Shown here piece after piece: positions 93,670 through 102,933 of a DNA stretch of 124,000 nt. The translations under genes and the position numbers were made by a program. The notes beneath the pieces are model-generated. The model was not told the origin of the DNA. It saw only the letters and a list, made by a program, of their open reading frames with translations, and searched no databases. This DNA is from Hyalangium minutum (GTDB taxonomy: Bacteria > Myxococcota > Myxococcia > Myxococcales > Myxococcaceae): positions 20,001 to 144,000 of the forward strand of contig NZ_JMCB01000006.1 of assembly GCF_000737315.1 (NCBI RefSeq), written 5' to 3'. Numbering within the stretch: position 1 is the first letter of the stretch; each line of letters begins with the position of its first letter.

Positions 93670-94454
93670 CGGCAACCCCCGCACGGACACAGGCCCAGCG
93701 CGCCCAAGCGTTCTTCGAGCTGCACCAGCGCATCCAGCTCATCGACGATGAGAAGGCCCAGGACGCGCTGCTGGAGCAGCTGAAGCACCCCTCGCGGCCC
93801 TACATCGTCTCGTTCGTCAACGCCCACGCGGCGAACCTGGGCTGGAACACCCCGTCCATGCTGGAGAGCCTGCTGCGCTCGGACCTGCTGCTGCGCGACG
93901 GCATCGGCGTGAAGCTGGGGCTCAAGGCGTTCCGGCGTCCGCCCGGGCTGAACATGAACGGCACGGACTTCATCCCCAGGATTGCTCGGGCCTACAAAGG
94001 ACGCCGCGCCGCGCTGTTCGGGACGCAGTCCCCCTGGCTGGACACAGCGCGTCAGAAGCTGGAGGCCGAGGGCCTGGTGGTGGTGGCGTGCCATGAGGGC
94101 TTCTCGCCGCCAGAGACGTACCTGGAGCTGGCCGAGAAGACGCAGCCAGAGCTCATCATCCTGGCCATGGGCATGCCCAAGCAGGAGGACATCGCCGTGA
94201 AGCTGCGGGAGCGGCTGGCCCACCCAGTGCTCATCGTCAACGGGGGCGCCATCCTGGATTTCCTGGGAGGCAAGGTAACCCGGGCTCCGGAAGCCATGCG
94301 CAACATCGGCATGGAGTGGGTGTATCGCCTCTACTTGGAACCCAAGCGATTGGCCAAGCGCTACCTGTGGGGCATCCCCGTCTTCTTTTCGCACGTAGCA
94401 GTCACGCGCTTGGTCGGTCCCCGGACACCCGAGGGTGAGGGCAGGTCCTCGTGA
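93666..94454 (+). CDS. epsA: WecB/TagA/CpsF glycosyltransferase (EpsA-like)
   Basis: FVNAH, DGIGV, NMNGTDF, AMGMPKQE, GMEWVYRL; adjacent to the eps cluster. Confidence 0.85.
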   Translation: MTATPARTQAQRAQAFFELHQRIQLIDDEKAQDALLEQLKHPSRPYIVSFVNAHAANLGWNTPSMLESLLRSDLLLRDGIGVKLGLKAFRRPPGLNMNGTDFIPRIARAYKGRRAALFGTQSPWLDTARQKLEAEGLVVVACHEGFSPPETYLELAEKTQPELIILAMGMPKQEDIAVKLRERLAHPVLIVNGGAILDFLGGKVTRAPEAMRNIGMEWVYRLYLEPKRLAKRYLWGIPVFFSHVAVTRLVGPRTPEGEGRSS

Positions 94455-94500
94455 CCCCCCCTTGTCCCCAAACGGAAAGTGCGCGTTCCTAAGGCTCCCG

Positions 94501-95625
94501 ATGGACACTGTTCGCGCCCACCAGGACTTCCTGCGCACCCGAATCTTCCCCGGACTGGATGGGCTGCGTTGCGTGAGCATCCTGCTGGTGATGGCCCACC
94601 ACGTCTCTGGCCTGCACCACGGCTTCCTGGGCCGAGGCTACCTGGGCGTGTCGCTCTTCTTCGCCATCAGCGGGTTCCTCATCACCTCGCTGCTCTTGCG
94701 TGAGCGGGACGCGCACGGGTTCATCTCCCTGGGGCGCTTCTACGGCCGGCGCTCGCTGCGCATCTTCCCGCTCTACTATGCGGTGCTGAGCGTCTACGTG
94801 GTGCTGGTGCTCCTCTTCGAGAAAGGAGCGCAGGAGAAGGCGGACTTCTTCGCCAACCTTCCGGCCTTCCTCACGTACACCTCCAACTGGTTCGTGCCGC
94901 AGGAGCCGAACACCCGGATCATCTTCTACTTCGCCTGGTCCCTGGCCACCGAAGAGCAGTTCTACCTGCTGTGGCCCGGCGTCATGCGCGTGGCCCACCG
95001 GTGGGGCGCGGTGGCCTTCATGGCGGGGCTGCTCGCCATCTCGCTCTGGGCGCCCTGGGCCGTGGAGACGGGGCGACTGGATGGCACCCTGATGTCGGTG
95101 CGCATCCTCGCCAGCTTCGCCGCGCCCATCTGCATGGGGTGCCTGGCGGCCTATGCCGTGCACTCGCCCGTGGGCTTCGCGTGGGTGTACCGCGTGCTCG
95201 GCTACAAGTGGATGCCTCCCCTGCTGCTGGTGCTCACGCTGGCCGCCGTGGCGACGAACGGCGTGCCCTACGGCCTCACCTCGCTGGTGATGACGGCGCT
95301 GGTGGTGTCCGCCTGCCTGCGGACGGACCACCTGCTGATGCCCGCGCTCACGCTGGCGCCCATCCGCCACATCGGGGTGATCAGCTACGGCGTGTACCTG
95401 CTGCACATGATCTGCCTGAACCTGGTGCGCCGCGCGGTGCCCGGCCAGGGCTTCGCCGTCACCTTCCTGGTGACCCTGGGCGTGACGGTGGTGGCGGCCA
95501 CGCTGAGCTACCGCTACTTCGAGAGCTGGTTCCTGCGCCTCAAGGAGCGCCTGGCCGCCGGCCCTGCCCCGGCGAAGGCTTCCCCGGCGCCTTCGACGGC
95601 TCCAGCATCAAGTCCAATACCGTGA
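94501..95625 (+). CDS. Acyltransferase-3 family O-acyltransferase
   Basis: LDGLR, GVSLFFAISGFLIT, RRSLRIFP, WSLATEEQFY. Confidence 0.9.
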   Translation: MDTVRAHQDFLRTRIFPGLDGLRCVSILLVMAHHVSGLHHGFLGRGYLGVSLFFAISGFLITSLLLRERDAHGFISLGRFYGRRSLRIFPLYYAVLSVYVVLVLLFEKGAQEKADFFANLPAFLTYTSNWFVPQEPNTRIIFYFAWSLATEEQFYLLWPGVMRVAHRWGAVAFMAGLLAISLWAPWAVETGRLDGTLMSVRILASFAAPICMGCLAAYAVHSPVGFAWVYRVLGYKWMPPLLLVLTLAAVATNGVPYGLTSLVMTALVVSACLRTDHLLMPALTLAPIRHIGVISYGVYLLHMICLNLVRRAVPGQGFAVTFLVTLGVTVVAATLSYRYFESWFLRLKERLAAGPAPAKASPAPSTAPASSPIP

Positions 95626-98290
95626 TGGAGTAGGGCGGAAGCTTCGCCCCCACCATGCCCGAGCCCATGGAGCTGGCCTGCTGCTCGGCAAAGCCGCTGG
95701 CCTCGCCCACGTAGGTCATCACCCGTGCGGCCTTCACTGCCCCACAGCCCTTGAGCTCCACCCGGGCGTCCCGCGCGGTGTCCGGCTCCACGTTGAGCGC
95801 GATGGCCACCACCCGCCGCCCATCCGCGCTGCGCGAGGCGAACAGTGAAGTGCCCTGCTCCGCCTTCGAGGGCACGTAGACATCCTGGAACCGCCCGCCC
95901 TCGCCGTCGAAGTTCCGGTAGGCCCGGAAGGCCCACCACGCGGGACTGCGCGGCGGCGGATAGGCGAAGTAGAAGGCCGCGGTGACGCCCCCCTCGGCGA
96001 AGCGGCCGAGCGCCTCGGCCTGCGCCAGCCCACCGCTCATGTGCTGCGCGGCGCCGAAGTTGTACTCGCCAATGGCGATGCCCCGGCCCGGGTAGTTCTC
96101 CTCCACCATCTTCTTCAGGCGGGGGATGAGCCGCACCGGCTCGCCGATCCAGGACTCGTCCTTGTAGTTCGCATCCCACAGGGCCCGCGTGGAGCGGATG
96201 CGCAGCGCCGCCGTCTCCGGGTCCGTCTTCTCGCCCTTGTCGGGCGAGACGCCGTCGGCCTGCGGGTAGAAGTGCACGTCCAACACGTCAAGGACGCGGG
96301 TGCCCGTCTTCTTCTCGTGCTCGCGCAGCTTCTTCAGGTACCAGGTCAGCAGGGGCACATTGCCGTGGGCCTTGCGGTCCGCATCCTTGTCCCTCCCCTC
96401 CGCCACGTCCGCCGCCGAGCGGAAGTAGGCCGTCCAGCCCCACTCGGCGGGCCCGGCGATGACAGCCTCCGGGTCCGCCTGCCGCACGGCCGTGCCGTAG
96501 GAGACGGTGCGCTCCATCAGCTCGTCATACGTGGTGGGCTCCGGGTGCACGTCCCGGTGCGTCGAGTTCCACAGCATGGGCTCGTTGTCGAGGAAGTACA
96601 TCTGCACGCTGCGCCCGCGCTCCACGTCCTTCTTGCGCATGGCGCGCACCCACTCGCCGATGAACTCGGGCGGCGCGGGCACGCTGGTGCGCGTGGGCAT
96701 GGGCGGCGCCAGCTCGCGGCCCGAGGACGTCCGGCCATTGCCCGCCTCGGGCACGTCCGGATCCATCTTCTCCTGAGGGCCGAACTTCGACGCCGGGAAG
96801 CTCACGGAGCTCGTGTCCTTGGCCACCCAGCCGATCATCGGCACCGTGAGCGCGGACTGGAGGCCATGCTCCCGGTTCGCCTTGAGGAACTCCTCATAGG
96901 TGAAGTCTGGCCGGTCTCCCGGCGACACGTTGCGGAAGAACCAGTCGTTGGCCGTGTTCCACGCGTTGATCTTCCAGTTGTAGCGGGTGGTGGGGTTGCC
97001 GCCCCAGCGGCGCACCGTGGCCCCCAGCTCGAACTGGTGCGTGCTCCGGCCCTCCTTCAGCGCATCGAAGGCAATGCCGTAGATCTGCGGGCTGATGGAC
97101 TGCCCAGGCCCTGTGCAGTCCACGGACAGGTTCGCCGGACGCGGAGGCCCCACGGCCACGCGCGCCATGCCCGCCGCCGGCATGCCCGTCTCCGCCGCCA
97201 TCATGCTGGTGAAGCCAATGCGATCCAGCTGCACCCACTCGGTGCCCACGCGCTTGTGCGCGCGCATGATGACGCGATCGAACGGGTTTCCCTTCGGGTT
97301 GAGCTCGCCCATGGGCAGGAGCACCTGCACCCAGTCTCCATCCCGGCCCGCCAGGTGCTGGGCACTCACGCGCACGCGGGGGAACACCGCCTTGTCCCCG
97401 TTATCCACCCGCACTTCGAGGAAGTCGCCGTAGTTGGAGGGCGCCTGGTACCGGAACGCCAGCCCACCGAAGCGGCCCTCCAGCGGCTGCTGGCGGCGCA
97501 GCGTCCACCCGCCCAGGTCCGCCATCATCACCTTCGCGGGCGACATGCTCTCCACCTGTCGCTCGCTCCAGCCCTCCGCCGTCCAGCCCGTCTTGAGGCC
97601 ATGGTCGAAGGCCATCTCGAGCAGCTGCATCGAGGCCTCCTGCGGGGCCTCCTCGGACAAGCTGACGCCCGGCAGTGTGAAGCCAATGCGATCCAGCTCC
97701 ACCCACCCCGTGTCCACGCGCTTGTGCGCCCGGACGATGAAGCGGTCGAACGGCTTGCGGTCTGGGTTCAGCTCCGCCATCGGGATGAGGAGCTGCGTCC
97801 ATTCCCCGTCCATCCCCATCATGTGGCGCGAGCTCACCTTCACGCGGGGGAACGTGGCCTCTTCACTGGAGTCCAGCCGCACCTCGAGGAACTCACCGAA
97901 GTCCGAAGGCGCCTTGTACCGGAACGCCAGTCCACCATAGCCGGGCTTGAGCGGGCTCGCGTGCCGCAGCGCCCAGCCTCCGAGCTCGGCCATCTTCACC
98001 TTCGCCGGGCCCTGGCCCTTCACCTCGCGATCGCCCCAGCCGGCGTCCACCCAGCCCGGCTTGAGGCCGCCCTGGTAGACCACCTCGGCCAGCGCCACCG
98101 AGACCCCCGTCTTCGCGGGCGCCATGGAGCCGCCGCTGGGACTCGGGGGCATCACGGCCTGTGTGCCGCCGTTCTCACACGCCGCCAGCAGCAGCACGCA
98201 CGCCGTCAGCAGGGCTTTCAGGTGAGGGCAGCTCTCGCCTCGGCTCCCCGTCAGGGCCGTTGCGCGGCGCCCTCCGGCCGCGTGTCTCAT
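95540..98290 (-). CDS. epsB: Glycoside hydrolase family 44-like lipoprotein with two N-terminal repeats (EpsB-like)
   Basis: RRWGGNPTTRYNW, LDNEPMLWNSTHRDVHP, GEYNFG; lipobox LAAC. Confidence 0.8.
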   Translation of the reverse strand: MRHAAGGRRATALTGSRGESCPHLKALLTACVLLLAACENGGTQAVMPPSPSGGSMAPAKTGVSVALAEVVYQGGLKPGWVDAGWGDREVKGQGPAKVKMAELGGWALRHASPLKPGYGGLAFRYKAPSDFGEFLEVRLDSSEEATFPRVKVSSRHMMGMDGEWTQLLIPMAELNPDRKPFDRFIVRAHKRVDTGWVELDRIGFTLPGVSLSEEAPQEASMQLLEMAFDHGLKTGWTAEGWSERQVESMSPAKVMMADLGGWTLRRQQPLEGRFGGLAFRYQAPSNYGDFLEVRVDNGDKAVFPRVRVSAQHLAGRDGDWVQVLLPMGELNPKGNPFDRVIMRAHKRVGTEWVQLDRIGFTSMMAAETGMPAAGMARVAVGPPRPANLSVDCTGPGQSISPQIYGIAFDALKEGRSTHQFELGATVRRWGGNPTTRYNWKINAWNTANDWFFRNVSPGDRPDFTYEEFLKANREHGLQSALTVPMIGWVAKDTSSVSFPASKFGPQEKMDPDVPEAGNGRTSSGRELAPPMPTRTSVPAPPEFIGEWVRAMRKKDVERGRSVQMYFLDNEPMLWNSTHRDVHPEPTTYDELMERTVSYGTAVRQADPEAVIAGPAEWGWTAYFRSAADVAEGRDKDADRKAHGNVPLLTWYLKKLREHEKKTGTRVLDVLDVHFYPQADGVSPDKGEKTDPETAALRIRSTRALWDANYKDESWIGEPVRLIPRLKKMVEENYPGRGIAIGEYNFGAAQHMSGGLAQAEALGRFAEGGVTAAFYFAYPPPRSPAWWAFRAYRNFDGEGGRFQDVYVPSKAEQGTSLFASRSADGRRVVAIALNVEPDTARDARVELKGCGAVKAARVMTYVGEASGFAEQQASSMGSGMVGAKLPPYSITVLDLMLEPSKAPGKPSPGQGRRPGAP

Positions 98291-99390
98291 GACGCTCCGC
98301 TCGAGTCCTTTCCCGCGCCCTGCTGGGCCAAGAAGCCGCCACTCGCGGCCACCTCCCGATAACGCGAGATGCGCCGGGCCACTTCCCGCCACGAGCCCGC
98401 CTCCGCCCTCGCCCCGCGCAGGTACTCCATCGTGTAGGCCACCGACGTGCTCTTGAAGGCCACTTGGTTGAGCCCCAGCCGGTCTGCCAGCCGCGCCACG
98501 CCCATGAGCGCGTCCGTCACTGGCTTGGTCGGCCCCGGCAGCGCCACCGCCGTGGCCAGCAGCGGCCGAGCCAGCGCGTTCATCTCGAAGAGCATCCGCC
98601 ACGGGTCCACCTGCGGCACGTCCGAGTGCCGCTCGGACAGCCGCGAGTCCATGATGCCGTAGCGGTGCGCCCGCGCGAGCCACTTCTCGAAGCTGGTGTG
98701 GTCGGAGCCGTGCAGCACATACGAGTCGTTGCAGAAGCGCACTTGGCAGCCGGACTTCTCGAGGCGGATGCCCAGCTCGATGTCCTCGGACTGCTTCAGG
98801 TTCGGATCAAACCCGCCCACCGCCACGTAGTCCTCGCGGCGGAACGACACGTTGCCCGTGTAGAGGTTCCACCCGTGGGCGCCCTCCTCGTGCAGCCGCT
98901 TGGCCAGCCGGTCGTGCAGGTACGCGTACCAGCGCTCGAAGAGCGGCATGTCCAAGATGGCCGGATCCGGATCAATGCGGCCCAGCACCACGTTGCGCGA
99001 GCCGGGCGGGTGCTGCTCCAGATGCCGCTGGACGAAGTTCTCGGGCACCTGCATGTCGTCATCCGTGATGATGACCACCTCACCCTGGGCCGCGAGCACG
99101 CCCCGGTGCCGCGCCGCCGCGGCGCCGGCGTTCTTCTGCGTCTCCACGCGCAGCGAGTACGGCAGCTCCTGGGCGAGCTCCGCCAGGGGCCCTGCCGCAG
99201 GCTCCTTGGAGCCGTCATCCACGATGACGACTTCGTAGTCCGTGGGAGGAAGCGTCTGGGTCGCGAGCTGCTTGAGGAGCCGCGGCAGCAGGGTCAGCCG
99301 GTTGTACGTGGCCATGACCACGCTCACCCGAGGCTTTGGCCCTTCAGTCCGCGGCGGAGTCTCCGAGCCCGCCGAGGGCGAATCGCTCAC
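98287..99390 (-). CDS. epsD: GT2 glycosyltransferase (EpsD-like)
   Basis: VMATYNR, VDDGS, TDDD, EDIELG. Symbol assigned from synteny. Confidence 0.8.
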   Translation of the reverse strand: MSDSPSAGSETPPRTEGPKPRVSVVMATYNRLTLLPRLLKQLATQTLPPTDYEVVIVDDGSKEPAAGPLAELAQELPYSLRVETQKNAGAAAARHRGVLAAQGEVVIITDDDMQVPENFVQRHLEQHPPGSRNVVLGRIDPDPAILDMPLFERWYAYLHDRLAKRLHEEGAHGWNLYTGNVSFRREDYVAVGGFDPNLKQSEDIELGIRLEKSGCQVRFCNDSYVLHGSDHTSFEKWLARAHRYGIMDSRLSERHSDVPQVDPWRMLFEMNALARPLLATAVALPGPTKPVTDALMGVARLADRLGLNQVAFKSTSVAYTMEYLRGARAEAGSWREVARRISRYREVAASGGFLAQQGAGKDSSGAS

Positions 99391-100004
99391 CTCTTGCTCC
99401 CCGCCTTCTGACCCAGCGTGACGCTGCCCAGGAAGCGCGCCTTGCCGATCAGCTCCAGCGTCTGGCGCGCCGCGGAGAACTGCGTCGAGCCCAGCGGCAC
99501 GCACAGCAGGGCGCGCTCAGCGGCCAGCGCCACCTCGAGCCCCACCGGGTTGGTGAGAATCGAGTCGATGGAGACGACGACCATGCCGCCCTGCTCCACG
99601 AACGCCCGCATGTCACGCACCAGACGGCTGCCAGCACCCGGGGGCAGCCCCTCGGCGTCGATCAGCCGGAGGGGCCGCTCGCGGTACTGGTTGCCCACCT
99701 CGACGATGGCCCGGCCCGCCATGAGCGCGGAGGCGCCCGGCTGCGCGGGCACCACCACCAGCGAGTTCCACTTCTCGCGCTGGGTCAGCAACGTCCACAG
99801 GTGCAGCAGCTCCGCCGGAATGGGCTCGGCGGGTGCGGGGATGACCTCATTGTGAACCGGCTCCTCGGGCGGGAGCGGCACAGGGGTCGGTGTGCCCCGG
99901 ACGACAGACCAGGGACGAGGACGGCCCGCTCCCGCCTTGGGGCTGGTGCTCTCGCCCCCGCGAGACGGGTTGTTTCCCCCCGGATTGTCGTTGGACTCGT
100001 ACAT
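99387..100004 (-). CDS. wze: BY-kinase-like pseudokinase (Wze-like)
   Basis: P-loop fold remnant without a Walker A lysine (PAQPGASA); position between epsD and wzy. Confidence 0.65.
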   Translation of the reverse strand: MYESNDNPGGNNPSRGGESTSPKAGAGRPRPWSVVRGTPTPVPLPPEEPVHNEVIPAPAEPIPAELLHLWTLLTQREKWNSLVVVPAQPGASALMAGRAIVEVGNQYRERPLRLIDAEGLPPGAGSRLVRDMRAFVEQGGMVVVSIDSILTNPVGLEVALAAERALLCVPLGSTQFSAARQTLELIGKARFLGSVTLGQKAGSKR

Positions 100005-100123
100005 AGGCGGATCCAGTCTACTCATTTTCTGACCAGTGCCCAGGGGTGCATCGAACCCAGGATCAGGCGACTCAACAGATATTCTGCTGCGATCCGCTCG
100101 TACTGAACGCGCCCCTTTGCGGC

Positions 100124-101674
100124 TCATGTGCGCCCACCTCCGTCCTGCACCGACGCAAACGCTTCAGCTGCGTTACCTGCAGGAACAGGCGCCCCAGCGT
100201 TCTTCCAGGCGCCCGTGAGTGTGGCCAACTTCCCGGAAACAGTGACGGCCAGCGCGATCAGGATGGTGCAGTACCAGCTGGTGATGCCCATGTCTCCGAA
100301 GCACTGGTTGATGTAGGCAAAGACGATGGAGACGACCACGAGGCCCCCTGCTCGCCAGTGAGGCGGGTGAGCACGGTGGTAGGCGCGCACGGCGAAGTAC
100401 ACGGTGAGTGCAACGAACAACCACACGCCCGTGAAGCCCACCATCCCGCCAAAGGCCAACAGGCCCAGCACCGAGTTGTGCGGGTGGTACAGGTAGTCCT
100501 CGAACAGATGGGAGATGTCCGCGAGCTTGATCACCTCTTGGAACCCGTGCCCGTAGCCCGTGCCGAGCATGGGGTTATTCTGCCAGGTGGAAATGAGGTT
100601 GAAGTTCTCCACGTCGCGGTAGTCCATCTCGCCTGTGGCGTTGTGCTCGCCGACGATCATCGACTTGAACGTGTTCACTGGCGAGAAAATGCCTACCGGA
100701 TTGGCCCAGCCGATGGCGACGTAGATGATGAACACCGGCGCCAGGAGGAGGCCGGCGCGCGTCGCGTAGCGCTTCACGCGGGACCACGGGCTGATCAGGA
100801 ACATGGCGATCAGGCACTGGTTGAAGCTCGCGTAGGCGATGCGGCGATCGTTGTAGTCCATGCCCATCAGGATGACGGCGGACACCAGCACCATCCTCCG
100901 GAACGTCTTCCAGTTGGGCTCCTCCGTCCAGGAGCTCATCGCGATGGCCAGCCCCGTCACGTAGATCATCGTGTCCGAGTGCGTGGTGGCGTACTCGGTG
101001 TAGAGCCCCTGGGGCCGGGCGATGAAGACGATGAAGAAGGCGCCCAGGAAGGCCTTGGTGAAGGCGGCCCCCACGATGATGCGGCCGAGAATCCGGAAGT
101101 CCTCCGGCCCCTTGATGGAGGCGTTGAACAGCAGCACGAACATGGGCAGCAGCAGCAGCTTCTGGAGCTGCCACTTCGCCGGACGCCCGTCTCCGCCTCG
101201 CGCCACACCCCAGATGTACATCCAGGTGATGGTCGCCAGGATGAGCAGCAGCGCCATCACCAGCGGCCGGGGCAGCGGCGTCATCTTCTCGTCGATCTTC
101301 AGGCCCATGGCCTGCCGGTAGACGTAGAGGGCGATGAGCCCGAACACGGACAAGTCGATCAGCGTGAAGCCCAGGCCGGGCACGCCGGTGACGACGTTGA
101401 GGTTGAGGAACAGCAGGCGGCCCGGGAACGAGAGCGGGGACTGCCACTTGCCCGAGTAGGGCACCTCCACCGCGCAGTCCAAGATGAGCATCAACGCCAG
101501 CAGCGTGAGGACGGGGTAGCGGATGGGGACCTTGGCCAGCACCCACAGCAGGATGGCCGCCGCCACCGGTAGCATGGCCACCGCGGGGAAGAGGACGAGC
101601 AGCCCCAGCGTGGCCAGCACCACGCCGGCCAGCAGCGTCAGGAAGACAGGGGTGCGGGAGAGGAAGGCTTCCAT
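100124..101674 (-). CDS. wzy: Wzy polysaccharide polymerase
   Basis: About 12 TMs, GTGYGHGF...HPHNSVLGLLAFGG O-antigen-ligase-like motif. Confidence 0.85.
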   Translation of the reverse strand: MEAFLSRTPVFLTLLAGVVLATLGLLVLFPAVAMLPVAAAILLWVLAKVPIRYPVLTLLALMLILDCAVEVPYSGKWQSPLSFPGRLLFLNLNVVTGVPGLGFTLIDLSVFGLIALYVYRQAMGLKIDEKMTPLPRPLVMALLLILATITWMYIWGVARGGDGRPAKWQLQKLLLLPMFVLLFNASIKGPEDFRILGRIIVGAAFTKAFLGAFFIVFIARPQGLYTEYATTHSDTMIYVTGLAIAMSSWTEEPNWKTFRRMVLVSAVILMGMDYNDRRIAYASFNQCLIAMFLISPWSRVKRYATRAGLLLAPVFIIYVAIGWANPVGIFSPVNTFKSMIVGEHNATGEMDYRDVENFNLISTWQNNPMLGTGYGHGFQEVIKLADISHLFEDYLYHPHNSVLGLLAFGGMVGFTGVWLFVALTVYFAVRAYHRAHPPHWRAGGLVVVSIVFAYINQCFGDMGITSWYCTILIALAVTVSGKLATLTGAWKNAGAPVPAGNAAEAFASVQDGGGRT

Positions 101675-101708
101675 CGTGGTCCTCGGGCGGCAGACACCGG
101701 GCGCACGC

Positions 101709-102902
101709 TCAGGGCTTGCGCGCCTCGCGGGTGGTGCGCACCCACTCCCCCTTCTTGTCTCGAGGGCCCGCCACCATCAGCCACACCTTCCACACCACGT
101801 AGAACGGCGCCGCCATCAGGTCCAACAGCCCCCGGGCGCCCATGCCCGACACCCACCAGCCGCGCAGCACGTAGAGGCCCAGGCTGGCCACGCAGAACGC
101901 CCCCGCGGCCAGGCTGAGCGGCGCGAACCCGGACACCCCGGAGAGCACGCCCGCGGCCACCGACAGCCCCACGGCGCCCAGCACCACGTAGCTCAGCGGC
102001 GGAACCAACAGGTCCATGGCCAGGTCCAGCAGCACGCCGTCGCGCTTGCGCAGGGCCTCGCCCAGCAGCGGCACGCCGAACTGCTTCGTCATCGCCCAGC
102101 GGCCCCCCTCCCAGCGGCGGCGCTGCGAGCGCGCGGCCTTCTCGGAGGACACCATCTCCCCGAGCACCTCGGCCTCCCACGCGTAGTGCACGCGGTGGCC
102201 CGCGCGGCCCAGGCGGATGCCGTACTCCAGGTCCTCGACGATGGAGAATGCGTCGTGCGGCACCTGGCGAATCACGCTGTGGGTGAAGCACATGCCGTTG
102301 CCGCGCAGACCGCACGAGACGCCCAGCCGCTCGCGGCCCAGCGAGCGCACCTTGTGGAACAGCGCCAGGGCAATGGTCATCAGCCGCGTGCGCCACGAGG
102401 CGCTTGGGTTCATCACGCCGTAGTGCGCCTGCACCGCGTGCGCGCCCGCCTCCAGCCGCAGCCCGAACGAGTGCAACAGGTGCGGAGACACCTCGGTGTC
102501 CGCGTCCACCACCACCACCGCGTCGGCAAAGCCGTCACTCAGGCTGCGCTCGAAGGCATGCGCCAGCGCGAAGCCCTTGCCGCGCTTCTCCGTGTCATGG
102601 CGCACCAGCACCGTGGCGCCAGCTTCGCGGGCCCGGTCCGCCGTGGCGTCCGAGCAGTTGTCCGCCACCACCAGGATGCGCCGCAGCGCCGCCGGGTAGT
102701 CCATGGCGGACAGGTTCGTCACCGTGCGGGCAATGCCCGCCTCCTCATTGTGCGCGGGGACGATGATGTCGAACTTCAGCCGCGGGGCCACCCGAGGCGG
102801 CGCCGCCTTGCCCGCCGACAACAGCGTCAGCAGCAGCAGATAGCCGCACGCCACCACCACCGGCAGCCCCAGCACGAACAACAGAACGTCCGCCCACATC
102901 AC
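101709..102902 (-). CDS. epsH: Membrane GT2 glycosyltransferase (EpsH-like)
   Basis: PAHNEE, DADT, EDLEYG, QRRRW. Symbol assigned from synteny. Confidence 0.8.
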   Translation of the reverse strand: MMWADVLLFVLGLPVVVACGYLLLLTLLSAGKAAPPRVAPRLKFDIIVPAHNEEAGIARTVTNLSAMDYPAALRRILVVADNCSDATADRAREAGATVLVRHDTEKRGKGFALAHAFERSLSDGFADAVVVVDADTEVSPHLLHSFGLRLEAGAHAVQAHYGVMNPSASWRTRLMTIALALFHKVRSLGRERLGVSCGLRGNGMCFTHSVIRQVPHDAFSIVEDLEYGIRLGRAGHRVHYAWEAEVLGEMVSSEKAARSQRRRWEGGRWAMTKQFGVPLLGEALRKRDGVLLDLAMDLLVPPLSYVVLGAVGLSVAAGVLSGVSGFAPLSLAAGAFCVASLGLYVLRGWWVSGMGARGLLDLMAAPFYVVWKVWLMVAGPRDKKGEWVRTTREARKP

Positions 102903-102933
102903 GGCATCACCCCGGCCCTGAACTCCATGTCAC

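Noticed and set aside
99387-100004. Missing Walker A in the BY-kinase-like gene as a novelty
   Set aside because: Consistent with the pseudokinase already described for myxobacterial eps loci.
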